Shown one piece after another: positions 13,880-25,659 of a DNA stretch of 64,000 nucleotides (its first letter is position 1; each line of letters opens with the position of its first letter). The stretch is taken from assembly GCF_902713615.1 (NCBI RefSeq), contig NC_052172.1, forward strand, positions 12,876,185 through 12,940,184, given 5' to 3'. Below the pieces are notes generated by a model, which saw nothing but the letters and a program-made list of their open reading frames with translations, did not search any database and was not told the DNA's origin. The DNA is from Scyliorhinus canicula. Its lineage: Eukaryota. A program made the translations under genes and the position numbers.

Positions 13880-14431
13880 CTATTTGAGTTCTTTGATCTT
13901 CTCCTCCACCGAGGCGCGGCTGTCGTCCAGGACCTCGGCCACCTTCTTGCCCAGCTTGTAGAACTGGAAGGTGGGGATGTGGATGATGTCGCAGGCTTCG
14001 GCCGTGTCCTCCGAGTCGTCCACGTTCACCTCGTAGAACTGGACCATGGCGTTGAGCTGGGCCAGCTCCCGCATGATGGGCTTCAGCAGCTGGCACGTCT
14101 CGCACCAGGTGCCCGAGAAGAAGATGACCACCAGCCGCTCGCCCGCCTCCTTGATGAACTTGTCGAACTGGGTCTTGCTGTTGATGGTTTTGAGCGGGAC
14201 GCCCTCGGAGGCCTTGGCCGCCGGCGGGCCCGCCTTGTCCCGCGTCGGCCGCCCCTTGTCCAGCGGCCCGGCCGCCGCCGCCGGCGCCCCCACGCGCGAG
14301 GGCCCTCCGCCCACCTCGCCGGGCGAGTGGGGCGCCCGGTTCTGCGAGGCGCCCGCCCTCTCGGCGGCCGGCGGCGGCGCCTTGCCCTGCGCCTTCTTGG
14401 GCTTGCCCAGCGTGCTGCCCGCGCCCGCCAT
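13880..14431 (-). CDS. Thioredoxin-like protein A (183 aa): ~78-aa Ala/Gly/Pro/Lys-rich N-terminal extension plus Trx domain, active site WCETC
   Basis: ORF aligns to TXN (INSKTQFDKFIKEAGERLVVIFFSGTWCETC...VQFYEVNVDD...HIPTFQFYKLGKKV). ATG at 14431 in strong Kozak context (agcaccATGG); uninterrupted frame, high GC3; AATAAA on the minus strand at 13405-13410. Confidence 0.88.
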   Translation of the reverse strand: MAGAGSTLGKPKKAQGKAPPPAAERAGASQNRAPHSPGEVGGGPSRVGAPAAAAGPLDKGRPTRDKAGPPAAKASEGVPLKTINSKTQFDKFIKEAGERLVVIFFSGTWCETCQLLKPIMRELAQLNAMVQFYEVNVDDSEDTAEACDIIHIPTFQFYKLGKKVAEVLDDSRASVEEKIKELK

Positions 14432-14439
14432 GGTGCTCT

Positions 14440-14900
14440 GCCAGGCGCGCGCCGCCCCGCCCGCGACCCTCGTTGTGACGTCACCCGCCCCCCAGCGTCC
14501 CATGCCGCGACCTCGCGCCATTGGCCCCCTGTCAAGAGGGCCCCGCCCCCCTCCGACCCGCACCCGCCAATCGGCGTCGAGCTACTGGGCCGCCTCGTGC
14601 CGCATTCAAATTCAGACGAAAGGGCGTCACCGATTCCGTGATTGGGGCTGTCGATTACCCAATCAATGCTGAAGGGGCGGTGACGGACAGGCGGTTGACC
14701 TATCACAACGTGTGTGTGTGGAGGCGGCTTCGTGTTGAAAAGCGCGGGACGTCTGCCGGGAGCGTGCGCAGGTGGGCCGGCTCTCCGGCAAGAGAACGGA
14801 AGTGACGTCAGCAACACGCACCGCCCACCCCCGATTGGACGGCCCCGCCTCTGTGTCGTCACCAAGGACGCCTTGGTGACCGTATCCGCGCGACGGGAGA
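14440..14900 (-). promoter_or_regulatory. CpG-rich promoter of Trx-like A: CREs, CCAAT boxes, GC boxes, ETS-CRE composite
   Basis: TGACGTCA at 14476-14483 and 14803-14810 (the second within CGGAAGTGACGTCA); ATTGG at 14520 and further CCAAT/ATTGG sites; several CCCGCC. Confidence 0.7.
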
Positions 14901-15194
14901 TTGGCAGCTCCACTGCCGAGGGGATCAGGAGCGTCAATGAGCAAAGACACTGGAGGGAGGGTGAGGTCACCCAGGATGGGCTAACACGGGACATATGCAA
15001 TTTAGTGAAGAGTGGGTGTAAAGTGATACAGTTTGGGAGAACAAAATTCCAATTTTTAAAAGGTGCTGGAATTAAAAATAACCGGAGATCCAGAGGCAAT
15101 CTCCAGGATAGCAGGCTTTAAAAAAAAAATAATTATTCTACTTGGAATAAATTTAACTTAAAGAGTCTTTTAACTTTAAGTCATAGAATTTACA

Positions 15195-16076
15195 TAGAAG
15201 GCAATGGAGGCCAAATCACTGAGTGATCAATAAGGGGATTAAGGGTAATGGGGAGAAGGCAGGAGAATCATAGAATTATCATAGAATTTACAATGCAGAA
15301 GGAGGCCATTCGGCCCATCGAGTCTGCACCTGCTCTTGGAAAGAGCACCCTACCCAAGGTCAACACCTCCACCCTATCCCCATAACCCAGTAACCCCACC
15401 CAACACTAAGGGCAATTTTGGACACTAAGGGGAATTTATCATGGCCAATCCGCCTAACTTGTACATAGAACATAGAACATAGAACAGTACAGCACAGAAC
15501 AGGCCCTTCGGCCCTCAATGTTGTGCCGAGCCATGATCACCCTACTCAAACCCACGTATCCACCCTATACCCGTAACCCAACAACCCCCCCCCCCCCCTT
15601 AACCTTACTTATTATTAGGACACTACGGGCAATTTAGCATAGCCAATCCACCTAACCCGCACATCTTTGGACTGTGGGAGGAAACCGGAGCACCCGGAGG
15701 AAACCCACGCACACAGGGGGAGGACGTGCAGACTCCACACAGACAGTGAGCCAGCCGGGAATCGAACCTGGGACCCTGGAGCTGTGAAGCATTTATGCTA
15801 ACCACCATGCTACCCTGCTGCCCAACATCTTTGGACTGTGGGAGGAAACCAGAGCACCCGGAGGAAACCCACGCAGACACGGGGAGGATGTGCAGACTCC
15901 GCACAGACCCGAGTCGGAATCGAACCTGGGACCCTGGAGCTGTGAAGCAATTGTGCTATCCACAATGCTACCATGCTGCCCTTGGGGATGCGAAACATAT
16001 CATCCATGATTGAAGGGCAGAGCAGACTGGATGGGTCGAGTGGCTTAATTATGCTCCTATGTCTTATGGTCTTATA
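15195..16076. mobile_element. Triple nest: CR1 3' tail > type-B SINE (about 15268-15981, -) > type-A SINE (about 15467-15824, -)
   Basis: The outer SINE breaks at ...ctaacttgtacat and resumes acatctttggactg; the CR1 tail resumes at about 15982. Confidence 0.85.
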
Positions 16077-16728
16077 GTGCAATGCAGTGGAACCAGTAAG
16101 AAATAGTGACATTGTATGTGGTTGACAAGTTACTTCATCTCCTCTACAGTCATAGTTTGTTAAGTAAAAACAATATTATACTTTTTTCTAAACTTGTTTA
16201 AATTACTAACAAAATGGGAATATATATAAAACAAAGTTTATGTGTCAATGTAAGGATTTGCATGTTCAACTGAAATGGGTTTGATTTTCAGCAATAAAAA
16301 GTCATAAACTTGGAAAAATCAGTTATTGGGAATAAAGTTTCAAAGAAACAAAAAGAATGCCGGTCACAACCGGCCTTTAAATATGAACGATGTAGTCTTT
16401 CCGCCAGGGGCAGCGGCAGAGAGAAGGTTGTGCGCCCAGCACTAGACTGACACCATGCACCCTGTGCACCCGTGTACGTGCCAGGCCCATGTGCAAAATC
16501 GTGGAGGTAAGGTTCCTCCATTTTGTAGCTGCCAGCTGGCAAGCAACAGGACTGCGTGAAGAACTGAAGATGGATCATTTTGTAAAAAGGAAGAGGGGGG
16601 GCCTGAGACACATACAGGCAAGGATCATACAACTGAATCTACTGGAGAGAGCTTCACAAGAGAGTCTACGGCAGATAAGCAGTGATGCTGTGAGCTGTAT
16701 ACAGAGCCCCAGGGCCTCTGGTGAACAA

Positions 16729-17371
16729 TGTTATGGGCCAGGGTTTAAAAACTCCAAAGAGTATTGTGGAGTCCACCTGACCTATAACATTTTATGTTGA
16801 ATTTGGCTGGGATGAGCATAAGAGCCTGCCTTTCAGGTGTTATTCAACAGACTTCTTAGGCGCATTTAAATCAAAAAACAAGCTTTATTCTAAGAATTTA
16901 GTTAACATTTGAATAACACAGAGCAAAAATGTTTATCAATTCTGAACATAAAAACTCCACACAGCTGCAGTAATCTATGTATAACCCTTAATGAATTCCC
17001 CCTTAACTGTTCCAATTCAATAACAAAATCCTAGTAAAACCAGAAACCCCTTTTCAAAGGTGTGGCCCAGCACACAGCATTCTCATTGGTATAAAATATG
17101 TTATTGATCCTCTGTTCCCCTTTTCAAACAGCAGGGTTGAATTCCTTCCAGAAAGCAATTGTCTCTTTTAAGTTACCAAGTCGTCTGGAACAGCTTTTAA
17201 AAATGAAGATAGAGAAAAACACTTCTTTCAAACTTGTGCAGTTCAAAACCAGTCCAAACTCAAAGCGAAAATAAAACCCACAGAGCCAAAGCCCAGCTCC
17301 ACCCAAACAATGACATCATTGAAGCCATGTGATAAGACAAAAACATTTCTTTAAGGGATACTCTCGTGACA
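16729..17371. mobile_element. Solo LTR with 4-bp TSD
   Basis: Starts tgttatg, ends cgtgaca; acaa on both flanks (16725-16728, 17372-17375); splits the transposase remnant. Confidence 0.75.
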
Positions 17372-17473
17372 ACAACCCATTAAGAAGAAACTGAAATCAG
17401 GAACAAAGCAGTATAAAGATGATTTCTGGAGCTATGGCTTTACTGTCAATTATTCTTTTGTCTACCATGTATG

Positions 17474-17802
17474 GGGCAGCACGGTGGTTAGCATAAATGC
17501 TTCACAGCTCCAGGGTCCCAGGTTCGATTCCCGGCTGGGTCACTGTCTGTGTGGAGTCTGCACGTCCTCCCCGTGTGTGCGTGGGTTTCCTCCGGGTGCT
17601 CCGGTTTCCTCCCACAGTCCAAAGATGTGCAGGTTAGGTGGATTGGGCACGCTAAATTGCCCGTAGTGTCCTAAATAAGTAAGGTTAAGGGGGGGTTGTT
17701 GGGTTACGGGTATAGGGTGGATACGTGGGTTTGAGTAGGGTGATCATTGCTCGGCACAACATCGAGGGCCGAAGGGCCTGTTCTGTGCTGTACTGTTCTA
17801 TG
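17474..17802 (+). mobile_element. HE1/V-SINE-type SINE (type A)
   Basis: tRNA-like head (ggttcgattcc), V-domain, tail ggccgaagggcctgttctgtgctgtactgttctatg. Confidence 0.9.
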
Positions 17803-18259
17803 TACGTACTGTGTATGTTCCCTTGGCCGCAGAAAAATACTTTTCACTGTACTTCGGTACATGTGACAATAAATATCAATCAATTGTGCCGGTGCCAATC
17901 ACAATGCAAAGCTCATATGTGTTATATGCAGGGTAGTACCGGCAAATAAAAGTTTAAAACCCTCAAATCTTCAAAAGCATTCAAAAGCATGGTGAGTTTG
18001 AGGACAAACCTCTTGATTTTTTTTCAAAGAATGCAGCAAGAATTTAAATCATCAGCTGAAGGCCTCAGGAGAAATGTAATATTGAAGTGAGATTGTGAGG
18101 ACCAAGCAGGCTCACCTGTTACATAAAGGTAAGTCGTAATGGTGTGTCGCTAAAGTGGGCCCGCATGGGTCACTAATGTTGGCTAGTGTGGGTCCCCAAG
18201 GGTCACCGGTTGGGAAAAATGGGTCCTGGGCAAAAAAAGATTGACAAACACTGACCTAA

Positions 18260-18710
18260 GATGTGTGACTGCCTCCTGACACACTGCATCCTGATGTGTT
18301 GCAATGCCTGAAGCTCAGACTCCAGCTCATTAAGACCTAAGATATAGGAGCAGAATTAGGCCTCTTGGCCCATCGAGTCTGCTCCGCCATTCAATCATGG
18401 CTGATATGTTTCTCATCCCCATTCTCCTGCCTTCTCCCCATAACCCCTGATCCCCTTATTAATCAAGAATTAATCTCAGTCTTAAAGACACTTGATGTGG
18501 CCTCCACAGCCTTCTGCAGCAAAGAGTTCCACAGATTCACCACCCGCTGGCTGAAGAAATTCCTCCTCATCTCTTTAGTCTGAGATTATATCCTCTGGCT
18601 CTAGCTCTGAGCCGAAGTTCCTCGAGCAACAGACGTGGTCGCTAGGAAGCGGGTCGATCAGCTCCCACATGTTCCAGCTACAATACATCGCCTGGCCCTG
18701 CATCCCTATC
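18260..18710 (-). mobile_element. CR1 fragments (3' tail piece within an ORF1-like remnant)
   Basis: STAFCSKEFHRFTTRWLKKFLLIS is the antisense reading of the CR1 3' end. Confidence 0.6.
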
Positions 18711-18905
18711 TTATTTCATTAGAATTTATTTAATTTAGAACTTCAATTTGATTTTACTTATACCACTAATCTTTACTTCCTGCAATTTCTGTTCCCTACC
18801 TAGCTTTCACTTCCATAGTCTGAAAGGTGGAAGAGAGACTCCCCTAGCAGTCACTTACCTGCGATATCGCAAAGACATGTTCTCTCTCTGTACTGTAACG
18901 CTATT

Positions 18906-19083
18906 GAAATGAAAATGAAATGAAAATCGCTGATTGTCACGAGTAGGCTTCAATGAAGCTACTGTGGAAAGCCCCTAGTCGCCACATTCCGGCGCCTGTC
19001 CGGGGAGGCTGGTACGGGAATCGAACCGTGCTGCTGACCTGCTTTAAAAGCCAGTGATTTAGCTCAGTGAGCTAAACCAGCCT
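18906..19083 (-). mobile_element. Type-E short SINE
   Basis: Matches 2757-2925. Confidence 0.8.
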
Positions 19084-19379
19084 CGTTGCAACTTATGCCC
19101 CAGCTGTTCTGCCTTAGCCTGCACCTACCCTCACTGGCCTTGACTCCCAGCACTCAGAGCCTCTCTCCACGCTGTTACTCCTCTGAAGTTGCTCTCTCTC
19201 CTCCCCCTGCTGTTTTAACTTGCCGGATCTGCCTCTCTCCACGTATCTCTATTTCTTTTTCCAATTTGCAGGTTAAATCTGTTGCCGATTTCTCTACTAT
19301 GCTCTTCACTCTGGCTCTGTTCCAATTAGGGCAATCAGTGAATTTGCCTTCTTTCTATATTGTCTATGTCCGAATGCTT

Positions 19380-20196
19380 AGCGTCGCCAGGTATCGAATG
19401 ATACCACCACAAGTTTCAACTGGCTATCGATCAAAAAGCCAAACACCAGTTAGTTAGTTCAAGGTCAAGGGTACTTTATTCACAGGCAATCAATCATGCA
19501 ACATAAACACTACTAGTTAACTACCCCTATTACGAAGACAACCTGTACTTAACTTCGGGCACCCGGTTTAGGTCAGGAAACAGTGGGCGCTGTTCAATTC
19601 TGGATCTCTTGGGTTTGAAGGGATAACTGCTGCTCAGCTGGGCTTATCCGTCTGGTAGTGGGCGTTGAACTCGGACTTGCTTCTGGTGTTGCTGCGATTG
19701 GTGATGACCGTGGTTGGGGTACCAAGGCCAAAAGAGAGCGAACATATGGCAAACTCTTCCTTTATACTCGGGGGGGGGGGGGGGGGGGGTGGGTGGGGGC
19801 TTTCGCGCTCTTTTGGGCGGTCCTTTGATTTGGGCCTTACTAATTGGGTGATCCCTGATCACTCCGTTTCGATTCCTTAGCCAATAAGTGGGTGGGGATC
19901 TGGATGGCTGGGCGTGTCTCAAGCGGTCATTGACCCTGTTGTTTGCGTTTCCCTTGGACAGGGAGTGGCGCCGAAATGTCTGGGACTATCCCGGTTGCTT
20001 GAGGACCAGTCCTTTGTGTTGAAGGAGATGGGCCATCACCTGCTAATGGGATGGGGTTTCGATACCATCTGGACTTTGCTGACAAATATGCATTTCAGGC
20101 TCAGAACCTTTCTGACTCTTGGCTTGTCCATTTTACCCATCAGTCTTTGCGAGTTGCTCTGTGCTTAGTTGGAAATGGCCATCCCAGATGGCTACA
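19380..20196 (-). mobile_element. LTR-like element
   Basis: On the minus strand it begins TGTAGCC, has CCAAT, TATA (GTATAAAG about 19765), AATAAA (about 19478), and is followed by a PBS-like tggcgac. Confidence 0.45.
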
Positions 20197-20452
20197 GCTC
20201 CACCACAGTATTTTATGTGGCAAAAACATTTAATGCGATCCAAAAACCCGGCACAAAGGAAGTTCTAGTTTGCCCGCATTCTTTTTGTGATTGTTTTATC
20301 AATTCCTTGATGAGGGATATAATATAATATAATCTTTATTATTGTCACAAGTACAAGGATATAGGGGAAGAAAATAATAGAGGGCTAAAATGATAGATGA
20401 GGAAAAATAAGAGGAGACTAGAATGGAACATAAATTGGTCGGGCCGAATGAT

Positions 20453-20715
20453 ATCACAGTGCCACGGACCTGGGTTCGATTCTGACCTCGGGTGACTGGA
20501 GTTTGCACGTTCTCCCTGTGTCTGCGTGGGTTTCCTCCGGATGCTCCAGTTTCCTCCCACAGTCCAAAGATATGCAGGTTAGGTGGATTGGCCATGCTAA
20601 GCTACCCCTTAGTATCCAAAGATGTGAGGTTGTGCAGTGCTCCTTCGAAGAGTTAGTGCAGACTTGATGGGCCAAGTGGCCTCCTTCTGCAGTGTAGGGA
20701 TTCTATGATTCTATG
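20453..20715 (+). mobile_element. V-SINE-type SINE
   Basis: V-domain and (ttctatga)n tail. Confidence 0.75.
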
Positions 20716-21276
20716 TATGTAAGGTGGCAACTGTTAAGTGAGCAAACTATCAGAATCCAACCTTATTGTACCTCGACAGGATATCATTTGTCTCCACAGC
20801 CCAGTCATTTAATAACTTCACATACTAGGATAAGGAACCAAAGGGGAAATAACAGCAATAGTTTGCCACTAGTTAGTGCCCGTGACATAGCAAAACATCC
20901 CACTGTGATTCACAGGAGACCCATCAAACAAAATTGGTCACTAAGACACAAATTGGGCTCAAAGAGTGAAAGCAAGGTGAAAAGTTGTAAGGGGGGAATT
21001 TCTGAGCTTAAGAGTCTTGACAGCTGAAGACATAGCCGCCAACAGGGAGCAGTTAAAATCAGGGCTGTTCCAGAGGCCAGGATAGAGGTATGTCGATATC
21101 TCGAAGTGTTGTAGGGCTGTAGAAGGCTGTTGAGCATGAGGGGTCAGTCAATGGAGGAAATCACATAGAGCAGCAGCTTTCTGAATTCACAGAATTGTTG
21201 CCCATCGTGTCTGAATAAGTAATTCCCTTTGTGCCAGTCTCACTCCTCCCTGTAACCCTGTATATTCTTCCTTTTA

Positions 21277-21822
21277 TAATAATATAATAATCGCTTATTG
21301 TCACAAGTAGGCTTCAATGAAGTTACTGTGAAAAGCCCCTAGTCGCCACATTCTGGCGCCTGTTCTGGGAGGCCAGTACGGGAATTGAACCCGCGCTGCT
21401 GGCCTTGTTGAATCATAGAATCATAGAATTTACAGTGCAGAAGGAGGCCATTCAGCCCATCGAGTCTGCACCGGCTCTTGGAAAGAGCACCCTACCCAAG
21501 GTCAACAACTCCACCCTATCCCCATAACCCTGTAACCCCACCCAACACTAAGGGCAATTTTGGACTCTAAGGGCAATTTATCACGGCCAATCCACCTAAC
21601 CTGCAGATCTTTGGACTGTGGGAGGAAACTGGAGCACCCGGAGGAAACCCACGCACACACGGGGAGGATGTGCAGACTCCGCACAGACAGTGACCCAAGC
21701 CGGAATCGAACCTGGGACCCTGGAGCTGTGAAGCGATTGTGCTAACCACCATGCTACCCTGCTGCCCTGGCTTGTTCTGCATTACAAGCCAGCTGTTTAG
21801 CCCACTGTGCTAAACCAGCCCC
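21277..21822 (-). mobile_element. Type-E SINE interrupted by a full type-B SINE (about 21410-21767)
   Basis: tggc(c)ttgtt duplicated at 21400-21409 and 21768-21776. Confidence 0.85.
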
Positions 21823-21839
21823 TGACTTTTCAGTTTACC

Positions 21840-22140
21840 GTCTACTTTCCACTTTAAATGCTTCAATGGAACCTGCTTCCACCACACTCAGGTAGTGCAT
21901 TCCGGACCCTAACCATCCACTGTGTGAAAAGATGCTTCTTTTACCAATCGCTTCAGATCTATGTCTCTTCCATCTTGATCCTTTCACGAGTGGGAAGCAT
22001 TTCGCCCTATCTGCTCTGTCTGGACCCCTCATGACTTTGAATACCTCTATAAAATCTCCTCTCAGCCTTCTCTTCCCCAAGGAAAACAGTCCTAATGCTT
22101 CGCAAATCTATCTTCATAACTGAAGTTCCTCACCCCTGGA
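21840..22140 (-). mobile_element. CR1 3' fragment
   Basis: KRRLRGDFIEVFKVMRG motif. Confidence 0.75.
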
Positions 22141-22362
22141 ATTTAACAGACTTAAAATCCGAGTGCGAAAAATAATAACCCATTAATATAACATTGTATC
22201 TGAAATAATATAAAGCAACATCAAAATATATATCATGAAAATAATATTAAAAAACAGCAAAATAATACAAGGTAACATCAAAATAATAGATGGTCAGATC
22301 AAAATATAAAATACAATGTTGTGTCTCTGCATTCGCTGCCCTGTTAAAGATGGTGGGTGGAC

Positions 22363-22693
22363 TTACATAGAACAGTACAGCACAGAACAGGCCCTTCGGC
22401 CCTCAATGTTGTGCCGAGCAATGATCACCCTACTCAAACCCACGTATCCACCCTATACCCGTAACCCAACAATCCCCCCATTAACCTTACACTACGGGCA
22501 ATTTAGCATGGCCAATCCACCTAACCCGCACATCTTTGGACTGTGGGAGGAAACCGGAGCACCCGGAGGAAACCCATGCACACACGGGGAGGACGTGCAG
22601 ACTCCACACAGACAGTGACCCAGCCGGGAATCGAACCTGGGACCCTGGAGCTGTGAAGCATTGATGCTAACCACCATGCTACCGTGAGGCCCC
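22363..22693 (-). mobile_element. Type-A SINE
   Basis: Near-identical to 17474-17802. Confidence 0.9.
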
Positions 22694-23169
22694 AAATGCT
22701 ACACTACACTACACTTGCTACACTAAATCTCAGACCCGCAGATCTAGAGTCTAGTCGGACCAACAGGGTAGAGGTGGATGGTGCTGAGAAATGGAGGACA
22801 CCTCAAAATGGGTTGGTGAAATAATTGAATATATTGGGGGAGATGGGGAGGCAGCAGATCCTATTGAACGGAGATAGAATGGTTTGGGTTGGTGTGGGGC
22901 AAGGGATAACTGCCTATCCTATCTGCAGCTCTGCTGTGGTGCTTGGAGAATCCTTCATTGACCTCTGGGAGGCCACTCTGACAACAATCAAATGCAAGCA
23001 AGGCTGAAAGGATTTCCCTAATTTGGATCTAATTTATTTAAATTGGCTGCCCACCCCCATGAAGCAAGCGCCAACCCACATTGTGGGTCCCTGGCAGCTA
23101 CCATTCCTGAGGCAGCTTCCCCTTTCTATTTCTCATCAGCCCTGCCTCCAACCCAGTGATGGGCAACCT

Positions 23170-23470
23170 AATAATAATAATATTTTATTAGTGTCACAAG
23201 TAGGCTTACATTAACACTGTAATGAAGCTACTAGTCACCACACTCGGGTGCCTGTTTGGGTACACAGAGGGAGAATTCAGAATGTCCACTTCGCCTAACA
23301 AGCACGTCTTTCGGGACTTGTGGGAGAAAACCGGAGCGCCCAGAGGAAGCCCACACAGACACGGGGAGAACATGAAGACTCCGCACAGACAGTGGTCCAA
23401 GCCGGGAATTGGACCTGGTTCCTTGGCAGTGTGAAACAATAGTGATAACCACTGTGCTATCGTGCCGCCC
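23170..23470 (-). mobile_element. V-SINE head/body with a type-E-like tail (type D)
   Basis: V-domain followed by ..ggacattctgaattctccctc..gcctacttgtgacactaataa. Confidence 0.75.
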
Positions 23471-24738
23471 GTACCTAGACTGGTGAGTGGGCTGCATGAG
23501 TGGCCCTCCCTCATCTCAGTGGGTCACAAGATTGAAATCGGGCTTGTTCACTCTCACCCCCATGAATAAGATTAAATACATTTAATACATGTCAAATATT
23601 TCACAACGTGTTTTAGAAGATGCTTCACCATTTATATATTAATAGAACTGTCACCAACTTCAAATGGTAAAAGCAAAATATTTACTTTGGACCTGGAGGG
23701 GACGCACGGCTCTCACAATCGATGTTGTGAGCAATCAGCATGCACCTCACTTCACTCGGCCCTCACTTCACTCTCCCCTCACTTCACGTGTGAATCACCT
23801 CAGCCATACCGGCAGGAAACAAAACTACACAAACACAAATCAGCAAAATGTGGTGACCCTGTGTATGGGCAACGGTTAACAAAATGTCCCGTGAGGGGGG
23901 CTGTACTCAGTGCTCAGATGGGCCATATGTGGCCCCCAGGCCGCAAGTTGCCCATTGCTGCCCCAACCCATCTTCACCGGTCGAGAAAATTTTGCCCAAT
24001 GTTACATCAATGAAACATGGATTGACTCTATTTAAGATACAATTTAACATTAATGAGATAGTCTTTGATATTATTTATGATACAATGAAGTGTTGTTGGG
24101 TGACGGGGGATTGAGCAGAAGTGGTGGGACTAATTGGACAACTCTTTCAAAATGCATCACAAAATAGGAACAGAAGTAGACATATGGCTCGTTGTGCAAG
24201 CTTCATCAACTCCGCTTTCCCCGCCCACTCCCCATATTCCTTAATTCAGAATCAAGAGAGCCCAAAAAGCCACCGATCCCAGCCTTAAACATATTCAACC
24301 ATGGGTCATTCACAACCCTCTGGGGCAGGGAATTCCAAAGACTCACAACCCTTTGAGTGAAGATATTTCATCTTATCTCAGCCCTAAATGACTGGCTCCC
24401 TTGATGCGACGGCAATAAATACCCCCACGTTTTTAAAATTCCCCACCAAGTGGAAAGATCTCTCCCAGTCTACCCTGTTCAGAATTTCGTCTGAAGATCC
24501 CCAGTCATTTTTCAAACTCAGCCTCTCATCTCGAGGGCCCAATTTAGGGAGCCTTCGCTGTGCTTGCCTGCAATGCTGGTGCAATCCTTTCTTAAATATG
24601 CAGACTAACACTGCACCCAGCATTCCAGCGCCGGTTTGCTGGGGCTCACGACCTCTTTGCTGTAAGATTCTAGAAATGCAACCATTCACAGATCAGGGGA
24701 ATTTAATTATTATGTTTTTTTTCTCCTTCGGGTGAAAA

Positions 24739-25059
24739 TTACTTCAGTCGCATTAGCAGATGGTCCAACTTGTCCCTCTTGGTGCCCGTGAACTCTGCAA
24801 CTTTTGCTTGGCAGCTGTAGAAGTGGAAGGTGGGCATGCAGGTGATGCCCGCCGCCCGGGACAGATCCTCCGACTCATCCACGTCCACCTCCACGAAGAT
24901 CACGTCGCGGAACTGGTCGGACCTCATGTGGAAGAAGGGCTTGATGCTGGAGCAATTGTTGCACCATCGGGCCCCGAAGAAGACGACGATGAGCGTCTCC
25001 TCCTCCTCCTGCAGCAACGTCTCGAACTGCTTGCGTGTCTTGATGTGCCTCAGGACCAT
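24739..25059 (-). CDS. Thioredoxin-like protein B (106 aa), active site WCNNC
   Basis: MVLRHIKTRKQF...LIVVFFGARWCNNC..IKPFFH..VIFVEVDVD..GITCMPTFHF..KVAEFTG is colinear with vertebrate TXN. Kozak ggcagtATGG; ATTAAA (minus) at 24702-24707. Confidence 0.9.
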   Translation of the reverse strand: MVLRHIKTRKQFETLLQEEEETLIVVFFGARWCNNCSSIKPFFHMRSDQFRDVIFVEVDVDESEDLSRAAGITCMPTFHFYSCQAKVAEFTGTKRDKLDHLLMRLK

Positions 25060-25399
25060 ACTGCCCCCTGTTTGTTCACTGTGTGAGTGTGTGTTGAGGG
25101 CAGCCCCAGCCCTGCCTGGCCTCTCTGACTGCCCTCCCACACCCCGATAGTGACGAGAAATCAACGTCAGGTAAGCCTTTTGCAGCCAGCGTGTACCCCC
25201 CCACCCCTTCACCACCCCACACCCACTCACCCACTCCCCGGCCAGCCTGAGGAACCCCAAGGTTCAGCGGCAGAAAGGTGTCCGGCCAGCTCGGCTTGGC
25301 AGCAGAGGGCTGAGCGAGCGCCCGGGTGAAAGAACTGGCGCCAGCAGCAGCTACAACCGCTGCAGATTTTATCAATGAATGAAAGTCAGCAACACATTC

Positions 25400-25540
25400 A
25401 GGAACCGCCCCCGCCCCTCCCTGATTGGCCCAATGTTGCCATTCGGCGGCCCAATCGGAATGGGCAGCGCGCTTCCGCTTGTGGAAGCTACGCTTTGATT
25501 GGCCGCTGGAATCCTTCCCCTTTATGACGTCACGTCAAAA
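25400..25540 (-). promoter_or_regulatory. Putative promoter of Trx-like B (CRE, CCAAT, GC boxes)
   Basis: TGACGTCA at 25525-25532; ATTGG/CCAAT cluster at about 25424-25502; ccgcccccgcccc at about 25405. Confidence 0.6.
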
Positions 25541-25659
25541 AGCGAGAGTACAGTGCTGAAGGAGGCCATTCAGTCCGTCCAGCCTCTGCACTCACTCTCT
25601 GAAAGAGCACCCGAACCTAGACCCAGCCCCCACCCCAGGATCTTCAGACTTCTATTCTT

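Larger units (their letters stand above)
16150..18253 (+). mobile_element. Degraded hAT (Charlie/Buster-like) DNA transposon remnant; left boundary uncertain
   Basis: MDHFVKRKR (from about 16570), KQYKDDFWSYGFT (about 17405-17443) and CVICRV..N.SLKPSNLQKH (about 17918-17980) resemble the BED-finger region of Charlie-type transposases; right end ...gacaaacactg. Confidence 0.65.

Noticed and set aside
14432-14563. Longer 227-aa start for Trx-like A
   Set aside because: The track start is not an ATG and the segment overlaps the CRE/CCAAT promoter motifs; the ATG at 14431 has the best Kozak context.
13979-15099. Long overlapping ORFs (13979-14641 +, 14046-14672 +, 14083-15099 -) and similar ones opposite the other thioredoxins and the SERTA gene
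   Set aside because: Shadow frames produced by high GC and GC3 bias; no recognisable domain.
15623-15904. Recurrent small ORFs such as GHCLCGVCTSSPCVRGFPPGAPVSSHSPK and CGRKPEHPEETH
   Set aside because: Translations of SINE copies, not a gene family.
17474-17545. tRNA-like sequences (tggttagca...ggttcgattcc) at many positions
   Set aside because: They are SINE heads continuing into V-domain bodies, not complete tRNA genes.
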